From a virus (taxonomy: Duplodnaviria; Caudoviricetes), in IMG/VR virus record IMGVR_UViG_3300005663_000006, positions 1 through 52,468 of that record: a DNA stretch of 52,468 nt. One strand, given 5' to 3'. The notes under the pieces were generated by a model. That model had not been told where the DNA came from, did not search any database, and saw nothing but the letters and a program-made list of their open reading frames with translations. Made by a program: the position numbers and the translations under genes. This document shows, piece after piece, positions 27,595-37,770 of this stretch. How positions within the stretch are numbered: position 1 is the first letter of the stretch; each line of letters opens with the position of its first letter.

Positions 27595-27777
27595 CCGCTT
27601 CTACCTGTAGAGACTGCGCTGCGAGAGTCCAGATAGACGCGATAGTTTCGCAACTCCAACGGGCCATAATGCACATGAACGTTTATGGCCACCTAGACCT
27701 TGATATGGCATATCGGCTCATAGCTGAGGCGGAACCATTGTTAGCGACAGTCATAGATATAAAGCGGGAGCTTTGAC

Positions 27778-28221
27778 GTGAGCGTTCATTTCATGTCTAC
27801 GCGGCTCGATTGGTCCACGCCCCAAGGTGTGTTCGACGAACTAGACAAAGAGTTCAATTTTAATTGGGATGTCTGCGCGGACGAAAAGAACGCTAAATGT
27901 TTCTACTACTTTCCGGGCGACAGAGGGCTTGATTGTAATTGGAGCGGGACTTGCTTTATGAATCCCCCATTCGGACGGGAAATCTCTAAGTGGATAAAGA
28001 AGGCCCACGATGAGGCCAAGGCGGGCCGTGCAACCATAGTGTGTCTCATCCCTTCGCGCACAGATACATCGTGGTGGCACTCTTATGTAATGAAAGCCGA
28101 CGAAATCCGATTTATCAAGGGGCGACTCAAGTTCAATGGTCATAAGAACAGTGCCCCATTTCCAAGCGCGATAGTTGTTTTCAGGCCCAATAGTGTTGGG
28201 ACTCAATCTTTATCGGAGTGA
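27778..28221 (+). CDS. Phage DNA N6-adenine methyltransferase (Dam-like)
   Basis: WSTPQ, DVCA, FMNPPFG, PSRTDTSWWH, IRFIKGRLKF, SAPFPSA. Confidence 0.9.
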   Translation: MSVHFMSTRLDWSTPQGVFDELDKEFNFNWDVCADEKNAKCFYYFPGDRGLDCNWSGTCFMNPPFGREISKWIKKAHDEAKAGRATIVCLIPSRTDTSWWHSYVMKADEIRFIKGRLKFNGHKNSAPFPSAIVVFRPNSVGTQSLSE

Positions 28222-28350
28222 AGCAATGGGAGGCTTTGAGGTGGGACACCGCGCAATACATAAAAGTTCATCTTTCTCATTATCAACACCGTGGGCAGTC
28301 GTTCTCATTGTTGCCGTTGCCCTCGGCATGGTTCTCGGCAGTTGGTATAG

Positions 28351-28722
28351 TTGCGGGTTCAGGTGGTAGCGATGAAGCGCCATCCTAAAACCAAGGAGAT
28401 TCTTAAAGAAATGGAATGGTGGGCGAAACAAAAGGAATGGAATAGCTCTCCAGACGAAATACATGAATTGATTTGCGGAGCATATCATCCCTACCCCCAA
28501 CACCCCTGGGGGGCAAGCAATCTCATGGATTGGGATGGTATCCATCTTCGATTCTCAGAATATTTCCAAACCTATAGCGAGGAAGCGGGAGACAACCGAC
28601 AGGCCCTTCATTTTGTTCCTAGGGGTTGCGCGGGATTGGTTATGACCTACTGTGCCCGTCCGGGCGTGGGCAAGGTCGTCAAACACAAAATCGGCAATTG
28701 TCCATTGGCGAAGACGCGATGA
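28351..28722 (+). CDS. Hypothetical protein
   Basis: 123-aa ORF. Confidence 0.5.
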   Translation: MRVQVVAMKRHPKTKEILKEMEWWAKQKEWNSSPDEIHELICGAYHPYPQHPWGASNLMDWDGIHLRFSEYFQTYSEEAGDNRQALHFVPRGCAGLVMTYCARPGVGKVVKHKIGNCPLAKTR

Positions 28723-28986
28723 AGTTCCTTGCGGCGGTACTCGTAATTATAATCTGCGCTGGCACAGCGGCTTACATTGTCGCAAAGGTAGCGGAGAGAT
28801 GGAATGACTAATTATGGCCGGGGCGGGGCATTGAGGTTTGCCTGTAACTCCCTCCCAGGATTACCGGCTCTTGTTCCGTTCCCGGCGTCTATTTGGGGTG
28901 TTCCAGCTTGATTTGGTCGACTCCCGCAAGGGATTCGAGGGCGCCATTGATGGCTGGAGCATCCCTCTAATGAAGGGGGACACACA

Positions 28987-29343
28987 ATGCCACCAGTAGT
29001 AGTTGAGGCACCGCAAGTAGCACCAGCAGCACCCGCAACTTTTCCGAAGTGGTACACGGAGGCACCGCTTGATGGGGCCCCGTCAGAGGAAATGCGAATT
29101 CTGATGGATGAATTGCGAACTGCATTGTTGGACTATTCTCACCCGAAAGCAATCCGCCGCTTGATTTGGGGGTGCATACACATTTGCTTGCATGACAACA
29201 GCCACAAGGAAGCCATTTTGGGCTTTCTTGATACCAAGGGCTTTGTTTTTGGCTTAAGAAAGAATCCCCTTTCTTGCTCAGATTATCGCGCTTCGTCTCT
29301 CAGTTTTTTCCCGCAAATCTATATCTGTGGTCGTCGCCCATGA
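28987..29343 (+). CDS. Hypothetical protein
   Basis: GGGGGA RBS, 118 aa. Confidence 0.5.
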   Translation: MPPVVVEAPQVAPAAPATFPKWYTEAPLDGAPSEEMRILMDELRTALLDYSHPKAIRRLIWGCIHICLHDNSHKEAILGFLDTKGFVFGLRKNPLSCSDYRASSLSFFPQIYICGRRP

Positions 29344-29853
29344 TTACCCCCACCCCTGCCAAGAGGTTATCGATATTACAATGGACATAGACAAGCTGAT
29401 AGAGCAAATCAATCTGAATTTCAAGCCCCCCTTCGTTGAAGAAGGTCTTGTGAAAGCCTGGAGAGGCATCAAGGGCGATTTCTGTCTCCGCATTGGCAAG
29501 CGAGACATTCAACTTTATGAGAATGGTGATTTTATGGGGGCCGGAACTTGTCTACTCGAAGATGACCAGATTGCTCTCGATGCTGAAGTTGATCGAGGTA
29601 GAGGAAAATAGTGGACTGCGCTATCTGTGCGAAGGGGCAATAATGTTCGATATTGAGTTTGTGTGGGTTATAGTTATTTCTCTAATCATATATTTACTAA
29701 TAGTTGCAACCGTGCTTTTGATTTGGGGCGCTGGTTTATGGCAACGCATCTTTTTCGTTTTGGCGGGAATTCCATCTGGCACTTTGGGCCCCTTTATTTA
29801 TCGCCATTTTATTGATAGGCACTCTTCCCCATGACCACCCGGAGGGAATAGCG

Positions 29854-30795
29854 ATGAATGAGCAAGCAGTTGTACAAAAGGTTGACCCGTACCAGCTAAT
29901 GGACTTGATGGATGATGCGGCCATTATCGAGGAGATAAAGGGTCGCATCAGCAAGGCATGGGCCTATAATTTCAGACAAGGCAACGAGGACGTCTGGGGG
30001 TTGTCCAAGGTCGGGGTGGATGCTTGCTGTCGAGAGATGGCGAAGATGGGTGAGGTCATAAGGGAAGATGGCGTGGACTATGGCGTTGACCCTACCGACG
30101 ACCGCTATATTCTCTTCAAGGCATCGGCCACACGATACGCCGTCAACAAAAACGGTGAACAGGTCATGCTTGATAGTGCCTACGGGACAAAGCGGCAATG
30201 CCGTCTCATCGTTACCAGCCGCGAAGGAGTAACCGACAGGGAAAACAACTTCTGGTTTGAACAGGGGGCGATGAAGGCCCTCAGAAATGCCAGGGCGCGG
30301 CTTATTTCAGAAGAGGTTAGGGCGCAAATCATGTCCCTGGCAAAAGAGGGGGGCAAGGTTGCGCAGATAAGCGAAGAGGTCGTTGAGGGGGCCGTAAAGC
30401 CCCCACAGCCGCCGCCCCAACCCCAACCAGCGGCCCAAGCCTCACCTACTGGCCGTCCCGTCTGCCCCCAATGCGGCCAGCCCGCAATCATCAAGGGGAA
30501 AGAGGAATATGGCGGCGGGTGGCTATGTTGGAAGAAGGAGGGTGGCTGCGGTGCCAAGTTCGATAGCGACCCGTTAGTTATCGTAGAGGAAGATGCCGAA
30601 CCCGCCGAAGAACCCCTTACCGACTACCATACAGCCCTGGACGCCCTCTCAGGTGCGTTAACGGTTGAGGAAATCACCATAGTGTTCAACGACCACTATG
30701 GTCACCTAAAGGGTGAAGCGAAGGCCAATTTCAAGATGGCCTTCGACAAGAAGAAGATCGCGCTTGAGAAGGGCGGCGATGATGTACCGATGTAG
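29854..30795 (+). CDS. Putative ssDNA-annealing/recombination protein with zinc ribbon
   Basis: GLSKVGV...KALRNARARLI core, P/Q linker, CPQC...WLCWKKEGGCGAKF, acidic DDVPM tail; next to Gam. Confidence 0.55.
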   Translation: MNEQAVVQKVDPYQLMDLMDDAAIIEEIKGRISKAWAYNFRQGNEDVWGLSKVGVDACCREMAKMGEVIREDGVDYGVDPTDDRYILFKASATRYAVNKNGEQVMLDSAYGTKRQCRLIVTSREGVTDRENNFWFEQGAMKALRNARARLISEEVRAQIMSLAKEGGKVAQISEEVVEGAVKPPQPPPQPQPAAQASPTGRPVCPQCGQPAIIKGKEEYGGGWLCWKKEGGCGAKFDSDPLVIVEEDAEPAEEPLTDYHTALDALSGALTVEEITIVFNDHYGHLKGEAKANFKMAFDKKKIALEKGGDDVPM

Positions 30796-30798
30796 GGA

Positions 30799-31068
30799 GT
30801 GAGTGTGAAAAAACTTCTTATTGTTTTCTTGGTAGTCGCATGGGTTTCGTGCGGAGCGGTGTCAACAAATTACAATTGGTATCAAAGGTTTGGGGTGGTG
30901 AACCAAGACGAATTCGCTGTTAATTTTTTAATAGGAATGGTCGCGGGGCCAACCATGCTTCTCGAATTTCTGGACAACCCTTTTTCCAACAACACGCCTG
31001 TTTTCATAAAGAAGGATTGCGAGAAGGTGTTTATTGGTGACGGCGAATTAGCGTGCAGGAACTACTAA
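30799..31068 (+). CDS. Small exported/membrane protein
   Basis: Hydrophobic N-terminus KKLLIVFLVVAWVSC. Confidence 0.5.
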   Translation: MSVKKLLIVFLVVAWVSCGAVSTNYNWYQRFGVVNQDEFAVNFLIGMVAGPTMLLEFLDNPFSNNTPVFIKKDCEKVFIGDGELACRNY

Positions 31069-31086
31069 CCAGGGGGAGGAATAATC

Positions 31087-31704
31087 ATGCAAGAGTCACA
31101 GAATACCGTAGAGAGCGCAATCTATTGGCAAGGGTATGACGAGCCGCTACCCGCCGTGATATACCAAGACCCTGATGGCGACCTAACGCTGGGGGGAATA
31201 GTTGTCCGCGACATTAAGGCAGAGCAGGAAATCGTCAAGGAGCAGTTCAAGATTGATGACCAGGGGAAGGCGAACTGGGCGATACGAAGGATAAGAGAGG
31301 CCCATGAGAGGGCGCATGGCGTTGATGATGTCGCACAAAAAGAACTTGACCGCATAATGGCGTGGAAAAATAAGGTTCAAAATAAAGAACAGCGGGAAAT
31401 TGATTTCTTTGAGTCCCGTCTTCGAGACTACGCCCACGATGAGCTTGCCAAGAGCGATGGTAATGAGAAGTCCATTCCGCTATCCGAGGGCACACTAAAA
31501 TTTATCAGGAAACAGCCGAAGCTCCGCTTTGATGCTGAGAAGTTAATCCAAGAGCTAGAAAGCGAAGGACTGGAGAAGCTAATCCGCAGGAAGACCGAGC
31601 CTAACTTGGTTGAGATAAAAGCGGCCTTGCGAGATGGGTTCGAAATAAAAGCAATCACGCTGGAAGAGCAGGAAGATAGCTTCACGGTGAGCTTGAATGA
31701 TTGA
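31087..31704 (+). CDS. gam: Host-nuclease inhibitor Gam-like protein (Mu Gam family)
   Basis: FKIDDQGKANWAIRRI...FFESRLRDY...KSIPLSEGTLKFIRKQP. Confidence 0.75.
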   Translation: MQESQNTVESAIYWQGYDEPLPAVIYQDPDGDLTLGGIVVRDIKAEQEIVKEQFKIDDQGKANWAIRRIREAHERAHGVDDVAQKELDRIMAWKNKVQNKEQREIDFFESRLRDYAHDELAKSDGNEKSIPLSEGTLKFIRKQPKLRFDAEKLIQELESEGLEKLIRRKTEPNLVEIKAALRDGFEIKAITLEEQEDSFTVSLND

Positions 31705-31974
31705 GTTAATTAAAATAATATTAACTTTAATGGTTTCAACAGTATTTATAGTTGGTGTTTTGGGCTACATCAGGGTTGGTTTTGAAGCCCCACCCTGGTA
31801 TGTGAGTATGTGTCTTGGTGCGGCCATAGGTGCGACATATTATTTACTTGTTTCCATCGCTTTTAAGTAGCCGGGGAAACGATATGGGTTTTCGGGTTGA
31901 TTGCGGAACTTGTGTTAAGTGGTCAGGGGGTCAGCTTGTGGCTGGCTCCCGCCCCGGCTTGAGGGAAAGGAATA

Positions 31975-32292
31975 ATGAGTAAAGAAGAATGTCCACATTG
32001 TAATGAGTTAGCCTTTGTCCCCCTGCGTACGATTCTAGTATCGGGAGGGTATGGCGATATAGACCTTTGGGAGTGTCAAAATTGTAAGCACGAAGAGGCG
32101 GCACTCGTGATATGGGCCGATTGGGGCATAACTGAGGAAACAGCACTAAGAATATCTAGGGCATTAAAGGTTGCGGTAGATAAATACGAACACGGAATGA
32201 TTGAGAGACGCAAGGCTTCCGGCATATATCCTTGTTGCGATGCATTACATGAGTTTGATTCTGGATTGGGCAGGTTACATATCAAACCATAA
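31975..32292 (+). CDS. Zinc-ribbon hypothetical protein
   Basis: CPHC...CQNC. Confidence 0.55.
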   Translation: MSKEECPHCNELAFVPLRTILVSGGYGDIDLWECQNCKHEEAALVIWADWGITEETALRISRALKVAVDKYEHGMIERRKASGIYPCCDALHEFDSGLGRLHIKP

Positions 32293-32553
32293 GGAATCAG
32301 CCCCATGAAGCCCATGACTGAAAGCTACTGCCCCACCTGTAACGAGCGCCACGCATGGCCCTGTTTCCGCCTCTGGACGCGCAGGGTTCTCTTCGTTTCG
32401 CTATTGGCGTTTATCTTCCTTGGGCTCTACTATGCCCTTCCGCCGTTTAGGGGGGGCTAGTGGGCACCATCAAGATTATACAAAGCCGCTCGAAGTTATT
32501 TGGCTTTGTACGGCTTGTCATGCTGACACGCATCGTCTAGCGCGGAATCAAGC

Positions 32554-32994
32554 ATGAATAAATCAATCCACATCTTAATTCCCATCAGACCTGTGCCCAT
32601 GTCCACAAAGATAATTCGCATGGCCAACGGAAGGCCCAAGGTAATGAAATCAACGAAAAGCCTAGTCTGGCAGAACCAAGCAAAGCCCTTCATAAACAAG
32701 GCGTTTGCGGGCAAAGACATCATAGATGAGCCCGTGGGCATAGAGATATTTTATTACTTCGCGCCGCCCAAGTCGTGGCCCAAGGAAAAGAAGCGGCTTG
32801 CGCTAGCGGGCAAGATAAGACCGACTAGCAAGACGACTCAAGGTGACGTGGACAACTTGACCAAGGGATTTTTGGATAGTTTGGTGGCTGGTGGACACCT
32901 AAAAGACGACAGCCTGGTCGTGTCGCTCTTCGCGGCTAAATACTACGCACCCGAAGAGCGCACCGAAGCCAAGGTGGTGGGGGAGGAATCATGA
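32554..32994 (+). CDS. rusA: RusA-like Holliday junction resolvase
   Basis: PPKSW, GDVDNLTKGFLDSL, KDDSLVV. Confidence 0.88.
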   Translation: MNKSIHILIPIRPVPMSTKIIRMANGRPKVMKSTKSLVWQNQAKPFINKAFAGKDIIDEPVGIEIFYYFAPPKSWPKEKKRLALAGKIRPTSKTTQGDVDNLTKGFLDSLVAGGHLKDDSLVVSLFAAKYYAPEERTEAKVVGEES

Positions 32995-33353
32995 GCGACA
33001 AGCTGACGGTGAATATGTATCCGGGCAGGGTTGAAGATATACAAAAGTGCGCCCATAAAATTCTCGACAAGATTGAGGGCCAAGAAGAACACCCCGCCAA
33101 TCTGTACGTCATAGACTCTACAAGGAGGGGGCTTGATGACCTAGTTGCCGACTGGCATAGCCTCACCGCCCGCAACGCTGCGCTTCGGGAAGCGTTGGAG
33201 TTCTATGCTGACTCGACCAACCACCGGGCTTCTTGGGCTCATTCAGACGTACCATCCAGCGCAGGGCTTGGTGGGCCATCTCGCATATCATCATTAGTAG
33301 AGCGAGACTGTGGCACAAAGGCCCGCACAGCACTGGAGCGAGGCGATGAGTGA
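32991..33353 (+). CDS. Hypothetical protein (Ead/Ea22-like mosaic)
   Basis: LREALEFYAD...GTKARTAL. Confidence 0.55.
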   Translation: MSDKLTVNMYPGRVEDIQKCAHKILDKIEGQEEHPANLYVIDSTRRGLDDLVADWHSLTARNAALREALEFYADSTNHRASWAHSDVPSSAGLGGPSRISSLVERDCGTKARTALERGDE

Positions 33354-33740
33354 GCCATACCTTAAATTCGACACACATCAAAAGTGGAAAGAGTTTATCG
33401 GTCCACTCACCTTATTCTATTTGGTAGCAATGCTCGCCGCGGGCCTTGGTGGGTTTCTTGTTGGAGCGGCGACGTGAACGACCCCACCATCAGGCGGCAC
33501 AAGGTGGGGAATTGCAGGGTGGAGGTAGGTGCTAATGGATAAAGAACAATACGAGCGCGAAATTGAGAACTTCCTACATAAGTATTGGTCGGAGGACAAG
33601 ACAAGGCAAGCAATGGAGCTATGTTCAGAGCAAATAAATGAGGCACACGAAAGGGGGCTACCTGCCGAGCTTTTGGCATCAAGCATTGTATCGGTGCCAT
33701 TCAACCCCGGCGCAAGTCGGGGCTGAGGGGAGGAAATTCC

Positions 33741-33920
33741 ATGAGCGAATACGATGAACTTACGCTGGATGAACTGGTTCATTTGGCCCGCTATCATCTA
33801 AAAGATGCAGACATGGAAATATCAAGGGAGCGGTTTGGAGAGGTTCGGGAAATGTTCCGCAATGTTGAGCGAGTCTTTGATGTGGCAGAGGAAGTGTTGT
33901 CTGAAATGGCTCGGGGCTGA
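33741..33920 (+). CDS. 59-aa hypothetical protein flanked by 16-bp direct repeats
   Basis: GGAGG RBS; MSEYDELTLDELV...; TCGGGGCTGAGGGGAG at 33717 and 33911. Confidence 0.55.
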   Translation: MSEYDELTLDELVHLARYHLKDADMEISRERFGEVREMFRNVERVFDVAEEVLSEMARG

Positions 33921-33930
33921 GGGGAGAAGG

Positions 33931-33958
33931 TTGACAACTCCTACCATTTGTGTATAAT
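33931..33958 (+). promoter_or_regulatory. Consensus sigma70 promoter upstream of HNH/replication genes
   Basis: TTGACA-16 bp-TATAAT. Confidence 0.75.
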
Positions 33959-34051
33959 GAAGATGGCTGTCTTAGCGGATAGGCCACTCAGTCATTGGAT
34001 GGGGGGCGATGCTCACCCATTGTCCCCTATCCCCCAACCACGAGGTGAGTC

Positions 34052-34567
34052 GTGACTACAAAAACCGCCCCCCGAAAAACCTACCGAGAACTACTAAAAC
34101 ATCCGAATTGGCAGAAGAAACGTCTTGAAATATTGGAGCGTCATGAATTTCAATGTCAAGCCTGCGAGAAGGAGGGCGAGACGCTTCATGTTCATCATTC
34201 TTATTATGAAAAAGGATTTAAACCGTGGGAATATCCAGACGAAAGCCTGTGGTGTTTATGTGAAGGATGCCATGCGCATATTGAAAAATTAAAAACACTC
34301 CTGCGGCAAGCAATAGGAAAATTAGCCCCCCATGAATTTGAGATGATGGTTGGGTTTGCGCTTGGCTTACAAGCATACGACTATTCCGAAATAGAGATAG
34401 ATGTTAGCTCCTTTGAAATCGGTGATGGTGTTGCAAAGGCACAAAACGTATGCGTTAAGGAGCTTCTTAAATCATTAGGTAAGAGCAAAAAGACTTCTGG
34501 CAACCTTCTTCGGGAAGTCCGGCAAAAAAAACTAAACAAATTTAAGGCAAAGGCGGGTCATGGCTAG
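34052..34567 (+). CDS. HNH endonuclease-like protein
   Basis: WQKKRLEIL...CQAC...LHVHHSYY...LCEGCH. Confidence 0.8.
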   Translation: MTTKTAPRKTYRELLKHPNWQKKRLEILERHEFQCQACEKEGETLHVHHSYYEKGFKPWEYPDESLWCLCEGCHAHIEKLKTLLRQAIGKLAPHEFEMMVGFALGLQAYDYSEIEIDVSSFEIGDGVAKAQNVCVKELLKSLGKSKKTSGNLLREVRQKKLNKFKAKAGHG

Positions 34568-35270
34568 AATAAGAACCTGCAAGCCAGAGTTCTATGTTGA
34601 CTCAACGCTGGGTGAGCTAGGTCACGTTGTTAGAGATTTTTATCGCTCGACTTGGAATTTCTTTGACGACTATGGCCGATTTCCTCTCGACCCAAAGTCT
34701 CTTGCCGTTTCAATCTATCCTTATGAAAAACGAATGGGGCCAAAGCGGGTAGCAGAAATGATTATGGTTTTGATAGATGCCGGTAGATTTATTCTTTACG
34801 AGGTAGATGGCCGACATTTTTTGCAGGTTCCAAATTGGCATCACCAGAAAATTGACCGCCCAAGCGCCGAGAGAATACCGCCCCCTAGTGACGACAATAC
34901 AATCAACGACATGGAGGATATTCGGCGAACGCTCGACGAATGCTCGACGACCACTCGCTCTGTAGGTAGGTATCAGGTATCAGGTAGGTATCAGGTAGGT
35001 AATACACACGGTGTGCCTGAAAACTTCGATAGATTTTGGAAAGTTTATCCACGAAAAGTTGGAAAGGATAAAGCAATAGAAAAATGGAGCAAGGCCGCAG
35101 GGGCGTCAATCGAAATAATTCTTTCTGCCGTAGAAAATCAAAAGCAAACGGACCAATGGAGGCGGGGCGTCATACCAAATCCCGCCACATGGCTTAATCA
35201 GAAAAGGTGGGAGGATGAATTGGATGAGAAACCAGAGGCCACGTTGCCCGAGTCAATGCGGAGGGGGTAG
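34560..35270 (+). CDS. Phage replication initiator / replisome organiser
   Basis: MARIRTCKPEF N-terminus; FDRFWKVYPRKVGK...PNPATWLNQKRWEDE C-terminus. Confidence 0.85.
   Translation: MARIRTCKPEFYVDSTLGELGHVVRDFYRSTWNFFDDYGRFPLDPKSLAVSIYPYEKRMGPKRVAEMIMVLIDAGRFILYEVDGRHFLQVPNWHHQKIDRPSAERIPPPSDDNTINDMEDIRRTLDECSTTTRSVGRYQVSGRYQVGNTHGVPENFDRFWKVYPRKVGKDKAIEKWSKAAGASIEIILSAVENQKQTDQWRRGVIPNPATWLNQKRWEDELDEKPEATLPESMRRG
34931..35001 (+). repeat. Iteron-like repeats inside the initiator gene (candidate origin)
   Basis: GCTCGACGA x2, then tandem AGGT/AGGTATC units. Confidence 0.55.
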
Positions 35271-35376
35271 GGGTGGGCAAGAAACATCTGGATAAATTTA
35301 GGGGCAAGATGAAGCTGGTAGAGAAAAAATGGTTGGAAAGGGTTGAGCGCAAAAAGGAGAAAAAGAAGGCAACGAA

Positions 35377-35757
35377 ATGATGGCGGACAAACAAAAACAG
35401 AAACGACGGAAGCGGTTGTTTGAAGCACACCCATATTGCCATTGGTGCGGGGCGGAGGTTGACAACTCCCCCTTCGTGTCGCACCAACCTCCCTCGCCTG
35501 ATGCCGCCACCATCGACCATAGGTATGGGAAGCTAGACCCCAGAAGACGTTCCACCTTAGACCCTGATGCCATGTCCGTTCTGTCTTGTTGGGAATGTAA
35601 CAACCGACGCGGACAGGAGGACGCGGACAAGTTGGGAATAAAAGAGTTAAGGAGGCGTTCGGGGCGGTGGCCCAAGAAGGACCGACCACTCGTTGGTCTA
35701 AGGTATTTTCTGCGAACACTCCTTCACCGCGCCGCTCTGGACAAATCAGATGAATGA
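35377..35757 (+). CDS. HNH endonuclease-like protein
   Basis: CHWC...ATIDH...VLSCWECNNRRG. Confidence 0.8.
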   Translation: MMADKQKQKRRKRLFEAHPYCHWCGAEVDNSPFVSHQPPSPDAATIDHRYGKLDPRRRSTLDPDAMSVLSCWECNNRRGQEDADKLGIKELRRRSGRWPKKDRPLVGLRYFLRTLLHRAALDKSDE

Positions 35758-35959
35758 AGTGGGGGAAGAGATGAGCAAGCGGAAGGACGTAGGCGGTCTG
35801 TTGCTCTTGGCGGCACTGCTAATTGGCGTGATGGCCGCATTGTTGGCCGAGCTAGGCATAAGGGTGGGACTCGCGCCTCAAATAGCAGGAATTTTTCAAG
35901 GAGTGTTCATTGCAACTACCATCTTTGCCCTTCACCAAATAGTGCAATCAGATGAATAA
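35750..35959 (+). CDS. Small two-TM membrane protein
   Basis: Two hydrophobic helices; flanked by AATCAGATGAAT repeats. Confidence 0.5.
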   Translation: MNEVGEEMSKRKDVGGLLLLAALLIGVMAALLAELGIRVGLAPQIAGIFQGVFIATTIFALHQIVQSDE

Positions 35960-36401
35960 AATAAAGAAGCTCCTCGAAGATTTGCCCGAACACCTTATCC
36001 CCGTAGCTGGGGTGCTTGTGGGGTTTAACGCCACCCTAGATAGGCCGTGGACGAAAGTGCAAATTGCTTCCCATGCCGAGGGCCTAGCAGGGGCCGATGT
36101 TGAGTTGCTACGCAAGGCCACCCACAAGGCCTACGATAACTCCCACGAATACTTTCAGGGCAAGCCGTCCGTGGAACAACTGCGGCGGCTTATGGACACG
36201 ATTTGGCAGGAGGACAACGAGAAGCGGAAGGATAAAGAGCTTGCAGACGGCAGGGAACAAGCCAAGATAATGCGTGACGCTGCCTCTAGCGCAGAGCACA
36301 AAGACACCGCCACCAAATGCCTGGCCCTGCTTGGGCAGCGCATGGACGGCAAGATTGGCCAGGGGGAGTTTGAGGCGCGGGTGAAGGAGACGACGGAATG
36401 A
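35952..36401 (+). CDS. Hypothetical protein (possible helicase loader)
   Basis: Downstream of initiator; YFQGKPSVEQLR resembles loader motifs only weakly. Confidence 0.4.
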   Translation: MNKIKKLLEDLPEHLIPVAGVLVGFNATLDRPWTKVQIASHAEGLAGADVELLRKATHKAYDNSHEYFQGKPSVEQLRRLMDTIWQEDNEKRKDKELADGREQAKIMRDAASSAEHKDTATKCLALLGQRMDGKIGQGEFEARVKETTE

Positions 36402-36847
36402 CTTGGACAAATAGGGCGAGAGAAACGCAGATGTGTGGTTGCGGGGCATGGGAGAAGATTGAGGCGGCGCTGGAGAGGATATTGTCCAGGAAGAAGGGCA
36501 TCAACTTTCGACACTCGGAAAACATCTTGTGCGCCTGGGACAATGAAATGGATTATGAAGTGGAGTGCGCAAACCTCTGCGACCTCCCCGCCGCAATCAT
36601 GGAGCTTCGGGACAAGGTTGACTCGCCCAAGCCCGAAGAGCGTGAGTGGCGGGAGGGGGACTACGTTGAGAGGTTGGATAGCGTCGATACGCGCATAAAG
36701 GCGGGCGAGGTTCGGGTTATATCTGAGGTTGTGGGGGAGGGGAGATTTAGGATATGGCGCAAGAACCCGGCGGAGTTTCACGCCACCAAAGATTCATCTT
36801 GGCGCAACTTAACTATCGAGGGGGAGATGGCGGGGGAAAAGGAATGA
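36398..36847 (+). CDS. Hypothetical protein
   Basis: 149-aa coupled ORF. Confidence 0.55.
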   Translation: MTWTNRARETQMCGCGAWEKIEAALERILSRKKGINFRHSENILCAWDNEMDYEVECANLCDLPAAIMELRDKVDSPKPEEREWREGDYVERLDSVDTRIKAGEVRVISEVVGEGRFRIWRKNPAEFHATKDSSWRNLTIEGEMAGEKE

Positions 36848-37192
36848 GCCATCCCCTGCCCGCCGAATATATACCCTCGCCGTGGAAGCGCCCCGACCCC
36901 ATAGAATACGACCGGCCACTCATAGCGAAAGCGAAGGCTGGCAACGTGGTGGCCCAAAGAACCCTGATGCGTAAATATGGGCTGCGGGTATTTACGGAAG
37001 AGGAGCTATGTGCCTACCCCGACGCAAAGGGGGGTCATGGATGATTACACAGATGCTAATTCCGGCTCCGTATTCATACCTACAATCGTCTGAACGAACA
37101 AAATGCGTCCCCACCTACCAGCAAGGAAATCGAGGGGCTCAAAAATGAAATGCGGAGCCGGACTGTTCATTTTGTGAACGCAGGGGGATGAA

Positions 37193-37528
37193 ATGAGCGA
37201 GCTGACGGTTGAGCAAGTGAACAGGTTTCATGCTCTGTTTAGGCGAGACGTGGCATCCGTAAAGACCTGTGGAAATTGTTACAGCGATGAAATTTACGAG
37301 TGCCATTCCTGTTGCTGTGGCACCAAGGCAGATGTTGATATACTCATCGCCGACTGGCACCGCCAGCGGGAAATAATAGAGGAACTATATGACCCCGAAC
37401 CTGGGAACTGTCAACATTGCGAACCTATCATCGCCTCATCCGATGAAGGAACTAATCACTATCGTCACATGGAAGGCTGTGTGATGAAAAGCGCCCAAGC
37501 CGCCATAGAGAAAGGCCCCCATGCCTAG
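37193..37528 (+). CDS. Cys-rich hypothetical protein
   Basis: CGNC...CHSC; shares L[IV]ADWH with 32991-33353. Confidence 0.55.
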   Translation: MSELTVEQVNRFHALFRRDVASVKTCGNCYSDEIYECHSCCCGTKADVDILIADWHRQREIIEELYDPEPGNCQHCEPIIASSDEGTNHYRHMEGCVMKSAQAAIEKGPHA

Positions 37529-37725
37529 TGAGTCCACCAATATGGAAAAACTGACGGGAACTAACCCTGTGATTATTCATGCATTTTGCAAATATTGGGG
37601 GGAACGGCTCGACATCGAGCCAGGGGAGATTTTTGACATCCTCTACATCTGGGAACTGGATTTCAGAGGAAAGCAGGTTTCGGACACGACAGGAGCTGTG
37701 GACCGTGAGGCTTATGGAAAAGAGA

Positions 37726-37753
37726 AAGGCCCCCAGGGTTAGCCAGGGGCCTT
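37726..37753. terminator. Hairpin between convergent operons
   Basis: AAGGCCCC...GGGGCCTT; A-run on the left would be a U-tract for the minus-strand operon. Confidence 0.6.
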
Positions 37754-37770
37754 GGGGTGGTATTTAGTTC

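Noticed and set aside
27235-31959. Intergenic stems as tRNA genes
   Set aside because: No cloverleaf, T-loop GTTC motif or CCA-type arrangement was seen
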